Shown in pieces: positions 53,785 through 64,000 of a DNA stretch of 64,000 nucleotides; within the stretch, counting starts at the first letter, position 1, and the number at the start of each line of letters is the position of its first letter. Origin of the DNA: Octopus sinensis. Its lineage: Eukaryota. The notes under the pieces are model-generated. The model had not been told where the DNA came from and ran no database searches. It worked only from the letters and a program-made list of their open reading frames with translations. The translations under genes and the position numbers were made by a program. Where the stretch lies: NCBI RefSeq assembly GCF_006345805.1, contig NC_042999.1, positions 3,038,001 through 3,102,000 on the forward strand, written 5' to 3'.

Positions 53785-54470
53785 AGCTTGCCATCTTAAT
53801 AATAATAATAATAATAATAATTCTTTCTCCTAAAGGCACAAAGTCTGAAATTTGGAGAGGAGGACTAGTTGATTACATCGACCCCAGTGTTTCACTGGTA
53901 CTTAATTTATCAACCCTGGAATGATGAAAGGCAAAACTGACCTCAGCAGAATTTGAAGTTGAAATGTAGCAACAGACGAAATACCTATTTCTTTACTACC
54001 CACAAGGGTCTAAACACAGAGGGGACAAACAAGGACAGACACACGGATTAAGTCGATTACATCGACCCCAGTGTGTAACTGGTACTTAATTTATCGACCC
54101 CGAAAGGATGAAAGGCAAAGTCGACCTCGGCAGAATTTGAACTCAGAACATAGTGGCAGATGAAATACCGCTAAGCATTTCATCCAGCGTGCTAATGATT
54201 CTGCTAGCTCACCGTCTCAATAATAATAAAAATATTAACAATAATAATAATCCTTTATATTATAGGTACAAGACCTGAAATTTGGCAGAGGGGGACAGTC
54301 AATTACATTGACCCCAGTACTCAATTGGTACTTATTTTATGGACCCCAAAAGGAGGAAAGGCAAAATTGACTTTGGCAGAATTTGAACTCAGAGCGTAGT
54401 GATGTGTGAAATACTGCCAAGCATTTCATCCGGCATGCTAACGATTCCACCAGCTTACCATCTTAATAAT
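53785..54470 (-). mobile_element. Head-to-tail SINE family A array, right half
   Basis: Continues the SINE head interrupted at 50625, then three more units. Confidence 0.8.
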
Positions 54471-54911
54471 AATAATAATAATAAAAAACAATAGTGCTTT
54501 TCATAGTTGCCAGTACTAAACTGCCTACAAATACAATGAATTTCTCAGTCGATGTATGAATGAAAGAACATGTAAAATATTTCTGACAAAAAAGTGTTTT
54601 GTTACATAAAAGTAAAAATATGACAGACGTAAAGTTCTAAAGACAAAGAAAATGGAAGGAAATATAAAAGAAATTCCGGATATCCAGAAGTGAGGAGTGT
54701 TTGGAGAGTAAAGTGATAGAATCGGTGGGTTAGGTTCTGCTTTTACTTAATGTAGAAACAGGAAGAAATCTTGGAAACAAAAAACATGAAAATTTGTTAT
54801 AGTGAAAGGAATATTGAAATCATACAAAAACTGGAAGTATGATGGAAATGCACCCAAGACTCACGAGGAATGTGTGGAAGGAATCATTATTATTATTATT
54901 ATTATCATTAA

Positions 54912-55833
54912 CAAGGTGATGAGGTGGCAGAATTGTTAGCATGCTGGGCAAAATGCTAAGCAACATTACATCCGTTTTTATGTTCTGAGTTCAAATTCCA
55001 CCGAGGTCAACTTTGCCTTCCATCCTTCTGGGGGTTGATAAATTTAGTACCAGTTGCATATTGGGGTCGATCTAATCGACTGGCTTCCTCTCCCAAAATT
55101 CCGGGCCTTGTACATATAGTAGAAAAGAATTGTTAGTACACTGGGCAAAATGCTTAGTGGTATTTCATCTGTCTTTATGTTCTGAGTTCAAATTCTGCCG
55201 AGATTAAACTTTTCCATCCATCCTTTCGGGGTCGATAAATTAAGTACCAGTTGCATATTGGGGTCGATCAAATTAACTGCCTCCCCCCCTCCCCCAAAAT
55301 TTCGCTCCTTGTGCCTAGAGGAGAAAAGACTATTTCTAATACTTTTGGGCTCACTTATAAAACCAAACGATGGCAAAGTACTCGTGACTTTCTGAAACAT
55401 TATTGTCAGAATTGTCAAAGCATGGAATAATAAACAATGCGTGTTAGTTGTTGGCTGTCAATTCACTGCATTCTCCTAAAATTTCATGCTTTCCTAAATT
55501 CACCAACACCACTCCTGACATTCTTCTTTCTTTTTTTATGGATATTTTTTATGTTCATTTCACTATTTTCTTGTTTTATTCTGTGTCCTACAAATGCCAT
55601 TTTGGTTATCCTTGATGGCAGAAACATGAGCAAGTCGGACGAAATGCTTAGCGGTATCTCGTTTGCCATTACGTTGTGAGTTCAAATTCTGCCGAGGTCG
55701 ACTTTGCCTTTCATCCTTTCGGGGTCGATAAATTAAGTACCAGTTACGCTCTGGGGTCGATGTAATCGACTTAATCCATTTGTCTGTCCTTGTTTGTCCC
55801 CTCTATGTTTAGCCCCTTGTGGGCAATAAAGAA
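54912..55833 (+). mobile_element. Three SINE family A copies (about 54912-55128, 55130-55328, 55625-55833)
   Basis: Core motif present three times. Confidence 0.75.
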
Positions 55834-56547
55834 AAAGGTTATCCCTGTTGTTGTCCTTTCTGTGGCTAATATGGTTGCTTTCTTTCCCCCTTTTTAGTCC
55901 CTTCTTATGAGCCGTAGTACACCTGAGCACTATATACAGTAAGGTCTTCGTCGTCATTTAACATGGATAGGATGGTTTGACAGGTACTGGTAAAACCTGG
56001 GTGGGCACACGAGGTTCCATTGTGCTTTAGCATGTTTTTTTCTTTTTACAGATGGATGCCCTTCCAAATGCTGTTCTATTTTAAAACCAAAAGTTTCTTC
56101 ACCATCTTTCCAAAAACCACCTTTCCAACCTTGACCATCTTTTTGAATTCAATATCTCTTCCACTTGTGAACATACCTACAAAATTAAAAAAAAGCAACA
56201 CAGCACACACGACTTTCAAAAACGTCTTTTTTTTTGTTTTCCCACACAGAATTGTTAAAGCGTGAAAACAAAAACTGCTTGTATTAGATGTTAGCTGTCA
56301 GAACACTGCATCCTTTAAAAATTCCATGTTCCTTTATACTTACCAGCATTACTACAGATGTACAAATGCAGCCTTTCCACTTTTTTAAAATTTTATTTTA
56401 TCTAGTTTCAGCTCACAAGCTGTGGCCATGCTGGGGCACCGCCATTTTATAGCATTTTTACTTTTTTCTTTTCCGTCTTTTCTATTTTTGTTGTTTTATT
56501 TTGTGTACCATGCATTACTTTTAGCCCTTCTTAACTGTCTTTTTTCT

Positions 56548-56736
56548 TCACTCTTTTAATTGTTTCTGTCATTTGACTGCAGCCATGCTGGAGCACAATC
56601 TTTAGTCAAGCAAATCGACCCCAGGACTTATTCTTTGTAAGCCTAGTACTTATTCTATCAGTCTCTCTTGCCGAACCGCTAAGTTATGGCATCAGTTGTC
56701 AAGCTATGTTGGGGGAACAAACACACACACAAACAT

Positions 56737-56777
<41 letters not shown>

Positions 56778-56948
56778 CATATATACGATGGGCTTCTTTC
56801 AGTTTCCGCCTACCAAATCCACTCACAAGGCATTGGTCGGCCCAGGGCTATAGCAGAAGACACTTGCCCAAGATGCCACACAGTGGGACTGAACCCGGAA
56901 CCATGTGGTTGGTAAGCAAGCTACTTACCACACAGCCACTCCTGCGCC
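56548..56948 (-). mobile_element. Full-length SINE family B
   Basis: Reverse complement of the 61540-61940 type. Confidence 0.85.
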
Positions 56949-57054
56949 TTTACTTGACTTCTATGTCTGTTTTCTGTCCCTTCTTTTACTCTTCTCTAAA
57001 GGGTTATTGTGCACCTGAACACTCTATTCAATAAGCTCATTATTACTCAAAGGT

Positions 57055-57431
57055 GGAAGCGCAATGGGCCAGTGGTTAAGGCGGTGGACTCAAGGTCATA
57101 GGATTGCGGTTTCGATTCTGAGACCAGGCATTGTGAGTGTTTATTGAGTGAAAACAGCTAAAACTCCACAAGGCTCTGGTAGGGGTGCTGGCGAACCCTG
57201 CTGTACTCTTTCACCACAACTTTCTCTCACTCTTTCTTCCTGTTTCTGTTGTACCTGTATTTCAAAGGGCCAGCCTTGTCACACTCTGTGTCACACTGAA
57301 TCTCCTCGAGAACTACGTTAAGGGTACACATATCTGTGGAGTGGTCAGCCACTTGCATGTTAATTTCACAAGCAAGCTGTTCCGTCGATCGGATCAACTG
57401 GAAATCTTGTCGTCATAACCGACGGAGTGCC
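57055..57431 (+). mobile_element. tRNA-derived SINE (head H3 + tail T2)
   Basis: Head as at 22115; tail as at 13995 and 26447. Confidence 0.8.
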
Positions 57432-58105
57432 ACGATATTACTCTCAGGAAGAAACCATTTGATGACAAATCTGATGCAGGTCGTAATAGTGATCAGGGAT
57501 TGTGTTGAGGTTTTAATGAAGATGAGGCAAAGGTGGAGGTGGAGGGAGAACTGATAGTCATTATGATAATAATGGTTTCAAATTTTAGCACAAGGCCTGC
57601 AAGTTCAAAGGAGGGGGCAAGTTGACTACATCACCCCTTGTACTCAACTGATACTTATTTCATTGACACCCCACACCCACATCTCCCCCACCCCGAAAGA
57701 ATGAAAGGCAAAGTTAACCCTGGCGGCATTTGAACTCAGAATATAAATTCAGAAGAAATGCTGATAACCATTTTACCTGGCATGGTAACGACTCTACCTG
57801 CTCAACACCTTGGCCGTTATGATTAAAGACAATAATAACGATGATGAGGAAACAATCAGTACACTGTAGCAGTATTAATTTCATTTTCTTCGTTAAACAG
57901 TTCAGTGGTTTGCTGAATCACAAGAATTAATTAACTTAATCAGAATAATTCTGGAAATGCATGTATATGTGTAAAATGTTAACATGTGTGAGTGTATACA
58001 TCATGCATGTACATAGACGTTGGTGTGTGCATGTATATATATGTGTGTGTGTGTGTGTGTATATATATGTGTGTGTGTGTGTGTGTGTATATATATGTGT
58101 GTATG

Positions 58106-58136
<31 letters not shown>

Positions 58137-58545
58137 GTGTGTGTGTGTGTGTGTAGGTTTGTGTGTGCAAGGAGAATAACACTATGCATTTATATTTGCT
58201 TACATAATATAGCAAAGGTATTACAAAGTATACAGTTACAACATTAATTCTATCTTATACACACCCACACACATTCACACACATAGAAGCACCTACACAT
58301 GCACACACACACACACACTGTCTATTTTATACATATTTATTACAGTATTAATAAAATAGGAGATGGAATGTGTAATAAATCTACAGATAACAACAGGTAA
58401 TCGAAACTGTGTTGGTGCTTTACTCATCAGATATTTATACATTTTGTATAATTTCTCCATTATTTATATATATATATCCGTATACTCTTATAAGCATGTG
58501 TGTGTTAGTATTTATATATTAATCAAAATATACAGTATTGTATAT

Positions 58546-58651
58546 CCATTATGGTCGATCTTACCAATTGGTTTCGCACCAGGGTTTCAACAAACTGTTA
58601 GGTAACAACCCAATTAGGTAACCCTGTGCTCGTCAGAGGTAGCCATTATGG
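58546..58651 (-). ncRNA. Type I hammerhead ribozyme with canonical core and extended stem II
   Basis: CUGACGA-GCAC AGGGUU...AACCCU G GUGC-GAAA-CCAAUUGG-U-A; 12 of 15 stem I pairs; predicted cut after 58562. Confidence 0.8.
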
Positions 58652-58714
58652 AATGAAATATGGCGACTGCTCTCTATTGTTGGAGATGAATCCAAGATAA
58701 TATATATATATTCT

Positions 58715-59135
58715 CTCTTTTATTCTTTTATTTGTTTCAGTCATTTGACAGTGGCCATGCAGGAGCACAACCTTTAGTCAAACAAATCGACCTCAAAGAC
58801 TTATTCTTTGTAAGCCTAGTACTTATTGTATCAGTCTCTTTTGCCGAACTGCTAAGTTATTGGGATGTAAACACACCAACATCAGTTGTCAAGCCATGAT
58901 AGGGGAACAAACATAGACCCACAAATATGCGCGTGCACACACACACACACACATACACAGACACACACACATATATACAACAGGCTTCTTTCAGTTTCCA
59001 TCTACCATATCCACTCACAAGGCTTTGGTCAGCCCGAGGCTATTGTAGAAGACACTTGCCCAAAGTACCACGTAGGACTGAACCCAGAACCATGTGGTTG
59101 GTAAGCAAGCTTCTTACCATGCAGCCACTCCTATA
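58715..59135 (-). mobile_element. SINE family B
   Basis: Head-to-tail match with moderate decay. Confidence 0.8.
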
Positions 59136-59666
59136 TTATCTTTTATAATATACTTATTTCAGTCATTGAACTGTGACCATGCTGGGGCAACCTCAATTCT
59201 TATTTTTTATCTACTGGTCTCTTTTGCTGAACTGTTTGGCTATGGGGACAAAAACAAACTAACACCAGTTGTAAAGCAGTGTGGTGGTGGTACTGGGACA
59301 ATCAAAAAGACACACACACACGGCAGGCTTCCACACACTTTTCCTCAACCAAATTCACTGGCCTCAACCAAATTCACAGGCTGATAGTACAAGTCATTTG
59401 CCAAAAGTGCCAAACAATAGGACTGAACCCTAAACCACATGGTTCCTAGGCAAGCTTTGTAACCACTCCACCACACCTGTACCTATATATTTATAAATAT
59501 ATGTACTTGTATATGTATGTATGTATTATATATATATATATATATTAACAATTAAGGAACGGCCATAATAGGCCATTCACCCACTAGAAATAACAGCCAA
59601 AGCTTCTACCGCAAATAAAGATTAATTCCGTAAACAGGAGAAAATTAAAAAAACATTTACCCTGTA

Positions 59667-59771
59667 ATTTCTTGTACGGTATACCGTTTCATCCTCTGTT
59701 TAATGGTAAACTAACCTGATTAATTAAATCAGCCAATCCTCCATAAGCCCTCGGATTCATCAGCAAGAAAT
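59667..59771 (-). ncRNA. Type I hammerhead ribozyme (left arm)
   Basis: AUUUCUUG-CUGAUGA-AUCC...GGAU-GAAA-CGGUAUACCG-U-A-CAAGAAAU. Confidence 0.9.
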
Positions 59772-60594
59772 AGCTCAAGTCGGGACAGATATATACACGA
59801 GGCATACCCAATCTTGCCAAGTCAATATCTGACCTAAAATTTTCAAATCGTCGCACTCGCGCCAAATTTATCGGCAGCAAATAGATATCAGCCGTCGATT
59901 CCATTACGGAATTAACCAAAAAATTCATAATTAATCAATATAGGGTGGCAAGGAAAATTTTGTAGAATTTTATTGCCACCAGCGGCCCAGGGGGAAAAAA
60001 TTAAATAGTCATAGACCATTTTTAAGTTCAACATTAACATTAAGGAACGGCCATAATAGGCCATTCACCCACTAGAAATAACAGCCAAAGCTTCTACCGC
60101 AAATAAAGATTAATTCCGTAAACAGGAGAAAATTAAAAAAACATTTACCCTGTAATTTTTTTAATTTTTTAATTTTTTTAATTTTTTTATTTTTTAAATT
60201 TTTTTTAATTTTTTAATTTTTTTAATTTTTTTATTTTCTCCTGTTTACGGAATTAATCTTTATTTGCGGTAGAAGCTTTGGCTGTTATTTCTAGTGGTGA
60301 ATGGCCTATTATGGCCGTTCCTTAATTGTTAATGTTGAACTTAAAAATGGTCTATGACTATTTAATTTTTTCCCGCTGGGCCGCTGGTGGCAATAAAATT
60401 CTACAAAATTTTCCTTGCCACCCTATATTGATTAATTATGAATTTTTTGGTTAATTCCGTAATGGAATCGACGGCTGATATCTATTTGCTGCCGATAAAT
60501 TTGGCGCGAGTGCGACGATTTGAAAATTTTAGGTCAGATATTGACTTGGCAAGATTGGGTATGCCTCGTGTATATATCTGTCCCGACTTGAGCT

Positions 60595-60701
60595 ATTTCT
60601 TGCTGATGAATCCGAGGGCTTATGGAGGATTGGCTTGATTTAATTTAATCAGGTTAGTTTACCATTAAACAGAGGATGAAACGGTATACCGTACAAGAAA
60701 T
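60595..60701 (+). ncRNA. Type I hammerhead ribozyme (right arm)
   Basis: Same motif: 8-bp perfect stem I, 4-bp stem II base, palindromic stem III, GUA cut after 60693. Confidence 0.9.
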
Positions 60702-61539
60702 TACAGGGTAAATGTTTTTTTAATTTTCTCCTGTTTACGGAATTAATCTTTATTTGCGGTAGAAGCTTTGGCTGTTATTTCTAGTGGGTGAATGGCCTAT
60801 TATGGCCGTTCCTTAATTGTTAATGTTGAACTTAAAAATGGTCTATGACTATTTAATTTTTTCCCGCTGGGCCGCTGGTGGCAATAAAATTCTACAAAAT
60901 TTTCCTTGCCACCCTATATTGATTAAATATATATATATATATATATATCAGTGCTGCCTAACCAGCTCCCATGCTGGTGGCACCATTCATGTGTGGGTCG
61001 ATGCCAGTGCCGCCTGACTGGCTCCCCATGCCGATGACTTGTAAAAAGCACCATCCAAACATGGTCAACACCTGCTTGCTATTTATACACCTGTCTTCAT
61101 CTTGTTTTTCTATAAATTTCAACTATACATACATACAAACATACATATATGCACATATATTGTGATTTATGTATGTGTTTGTATTCTTTCCAAAGTAGTT
61201 AGCTCCCTAATTCAGCATGTTTCCTAAGGGCCAGCATTCGATTTATTTTATCCTCACTTTGACCATTACCAGCCCACACCCCTTCATTAACTAATGCCTC
61301 TTCATCCCCCACCTTCTATGCTCTCCCTCTTTCCTCTTCCTTTATTTACTCCCTCCCTTGTTCTTCTCTGTTATAATAATTTTCCCTCCTCTCACCACTC
61401 TCAAGATATTTATGAGGTAACATGTAACAAACAGCTCCTCTCTCTCTCTCTCTCTCTCCCCTACAAAATCTCTCTTGTCTTCCTTATGGCATATAAATAT
61501 AATTCATTCCATACTTTGGAAATTTTATAAACATTTATA

Positions 61540-61940
61540 GGCGCAGGAGTGGCTGTGTGGTAAGTAGCTTGTTTACCAACCACATGGTTCCGGGTTCAGT
61601 CCCACTGCATGGTACCTTGGGCAAGTGTCTTCTACTATAACCTCGGGCCGACCAAAGCCTTGTGATTGGATTTGGTAGACGGAAACTGAAAGAAGCCCGT
61701 CGTATATATGTATATATATGTGTGTGTTTGTGTGTCTGTGTCTGTCCCCCTAGCATTGCTTGACAACCGATGCTGGTGTGTTCATGTCCCCGTTACTTAG
61801 CGGTTTGGCAAAAAGAGACCAATAGAATAAGTACTGGGCTTACAAAAGAATAAGTCCTGGGGTCGAGTTGCTCGATTAAAGGCGGTGCTCCAGCATGGCC
61901 ACAGTCAAATGACTGAAACAAGTAAAAGAGTAAAAAGAGT
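61540..61940 (+). mobile_element. Full-length tRNA-derived SINE family B (OK/KpnI-like)
   Basis: TGGCTGTGTGG A-box, GGTTCAGTCCC B-box, GGTACC at 61611, CCTTGGGCAAGT block, AAAAGAGT tail. Confidence 0.85.
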
Positions 61941-62266
61941 ATTTCTGATTTCAATAGCAGTTACAATGTCGTTATTTATCCTCAACAAAGTTCTTAATTG
62001 AGCAGACTTACAATAGAGCATATCATAGCTTGTTATATTTATCCCTTTTGATATCAACCAGCCTGAAACTGCCCCTGGGTCCATGAAACAAACTTCCAGT
62101 TTCAAAGTGATCTTAATTAAAACCTTTAATCAAAATTTCATGCTAATTTATGTTCTACACACCAGCTTAATAATGACAAAGTTATTCTACCAAATTCTTT
62201 GTTATTTTGAAAATGAATTAAAACAAAAGCAGCATATTTCAATAAACATTTCAGAAAAACATTTAA

Positions 62267-62482
62267 CCCTTTTGTTACCAGCCCGACTGAAACCGGCTCT
62301 GTAGTACAAATGGCTTGTTTTCATAAGTTTTGAATTAAAATCTTCCAGCAAACCTTAGTTAAAATTTATGTTCCTAACACCAGCTTAATGATAATGAAGT
62401 TAATTTATTAAATTCTTTGTTATATTTAAAATCAATTGAAAGAAACACAGAACATCTCAATAGAAATATGGCAACAAAAGGG
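62267..62482. mobile_element. piggyBac-like MITE
   Basis: TTAA|CCCTTTTGTTACCA...TGGCAACAAAAGGG|TTAA; 14-bp TIR with one mismatch. Confidence 0.9.
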
Positions 62483-62521
62483 TTAAAGTTGGAAAGAGAA
62501 AGAGAATAAGGTGGGCCTTAA

Positions 62522-62742
62522 CCCTTTTGATAATAACCCAGCTGAAACCACCCCTGGCTCTGTAGTACAAATGTTTTGTTTTCATAAGTTTTGAATTAAA
62601 ATTTTCCACCAAATCTTAGTTAAAATTTATGTTCCTAACACTAGCTTAAGGATAACGAAGTTAATTTACTAAATTCTTTGTTATATTTAAAATAATTGAA
62701 AGAAACACAGAGCATATCAAAATAAATACAGTAATGAAAGGG
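62522..62742. mobile_element. piggyBac-like MITE, second copy
   Basis: TTAA|CCCTTT...AAAGGG|TTAA with the same body; an older relative occupies 62043-62262. Confidence 0.85.
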
Positions 62743-63320
62743 TTAAAAGAAAAGAGGGCAAGGAATGGGCAAGATTTAGCCTGCTGTTTCTCGCAGGCTG
62801 AAAAACCAAATCCCTAAGTCTGTGTTCATGAATAGACTTTTGAAAAAGGGCTTTGCATCTATGACTCCCACATTGGAGTGTTTTTTTTTTTTTAAATATG
62901 TTAAGTTGTGGTGTTTGAGCAAGATTTAGCTACTATTACTGACAGTTTGAGAGACCATGTAGAGGTTTCCTTGCTGGCTTATGGTTGTAAAAGTGATTGC
63001 ATTAGTATTCCTTCTGTCTTTGATCAAGTTCAAACATGAATTGCTAATATTGTTGATCTTGTTTTCACATCTCTCATTCCTGAGATATTGTCTCATCTGA
63101 CATTCGTTTAATCACAAGAACACTGTGTCTTTATCAGTTCTTATATAAACAGGCACAGGCATGGCTGTGTGGTAAGAAGCTTGCTTCCCAACCACATGGT
63201 TCCAGGTTCAGTCCACAGTGTGGTACCTTGGGCAAGAGTTTTCTACTACAGCCTTAGGGCAACCAAAGCTCTGTGAGTGGATTTGGTAGACAGAAACTGA
63301 GAGAAGTCCATCATATATAT

Positions 63321-63593
63321 CATGTGATCACATGACTGACCAGGCTATCAGATATTGTTGGACATCACTGGTCACAATGCCTTTTGGCATTGTTTTAATC
63401 TTCAAATAATGTCACCCTGCTGGTTAGGCGAGCAGGCCAACATATCCTCCTCCCCCCAATAGAAAGGGGACTAGATTAATGCGAAATGAAGTGCTTTGCT
63501 CAAGAACACAATGCAAAGCCCAGTCAGGGAATCGAACCCATGACCTAGCAATGGGGAGTGCTATAGCTGAACCACAAGGCCACATGCCTTCAC
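63321..63593 (-). mobile_element. tRNA-derived SINE (H2-like head + tail T1)
   Basis: Head GTGAAGGCATGTGG...GGTTCGATTCC; tail as at 22300-22417. Confidence 0.7.
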
Positions 63594-64000
63594 CATGTGT
63601 GTGTTTGTGCATCTTTCTGTCTGTGTTTTCCCCCACCACAGCTTGACAACTGATGTTGGTGTGTTTACATCCCCATAACTTAGTGGTTTGGCAAAAGTGA
63701 TCGACAGAGTAAGTACCAGGCTTTAATAAAATAAAAAACGTTCTGGGGTTGATTCATTTGACTAAACTTCCTCAAGGCGGTGCCTCAGCACGGCCACAAT
63801 CAAATGACTGAAACAAGTAACAGATAAACGATTAGTGTAGGCACACCTGCAGGGTTATGAAACTTGCTTCCCAACCACATGATTTTGGGTTCCATCCCAC
63901 TGTGTGCCATCTTGGGCAGGTGTCTCTAGACCCCAGGACAACCAAAGCCTTGTCACTGAATTTAGGAGATAGAAACTGAAAGTGTGTGTGTGTGTGTGTG

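Larger units (their letters stand above)
59545..60926. mobile_element. Retrozyme-like element: two head-to-head partial concatemers of a 489-bp monomer in (TA)n
   Basis: Left arm 59545-60158 (minus sense, 1.26 units), T6-8AA spacer, right arm about 60226-60926 (plus sense, 1.43 units); arms about 99% identical. Confidence 0.85.

Noticed and set aside
58393-58432. CTGATGAG on the minus strand near a CGAAAC on the plus strand
   Set aside because: The two core halves are on opposite strands, so no hammerhead can form.
61540-61615. tRNA genes at SINE heads
   Set aside because: A/B boxes are present but there is no complete cloverleaf, and each continues into a SINE body.

Overview
Repeat-dense, AT-rich eukaryotic DNA, almost certainly intronic or intergenic. 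The SINE families resemble those described from Octopus, so an octopus genome is inferred, not shown. No complete host gene is visible; the only candidate is one 61-nt exon on the minus strand. Nearly all ORF-track entries are microsatellite or repeat artefacts. The real coding remnants are retrotransposons: two CR1/L2-group LINEs (one possibly with an intact ORF2), Dong/R4-like, HERO-like, RTE-BovB-like and CR1-like fragments. Several tRNA-derived SINE families, piggyBac-like and hAT-like MITEs and a 100-N gap (4676-4775) are also present. The stand-out signal is self-cleaving RNA: seven type I hammerhead ribozyme motifs from five element families, read by eye. The best is a 1.38-kb head-to-head insertion (59545-60926) of a 489-bp, highly structured monomer with a canonical hammerhead. 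It is a retrozyme-like (putative circular RNA) element whose two arms both start just downstream of the predicted cleavage site. A divergent relative of that ribozyme lies about 1 kb upstream (58546-58651), and a tRNA-headed SINE family also carries a hammerhead. Boundaries of degraded repeats are approximate, family names are from motif recognition only, and folds were worked out by hand.
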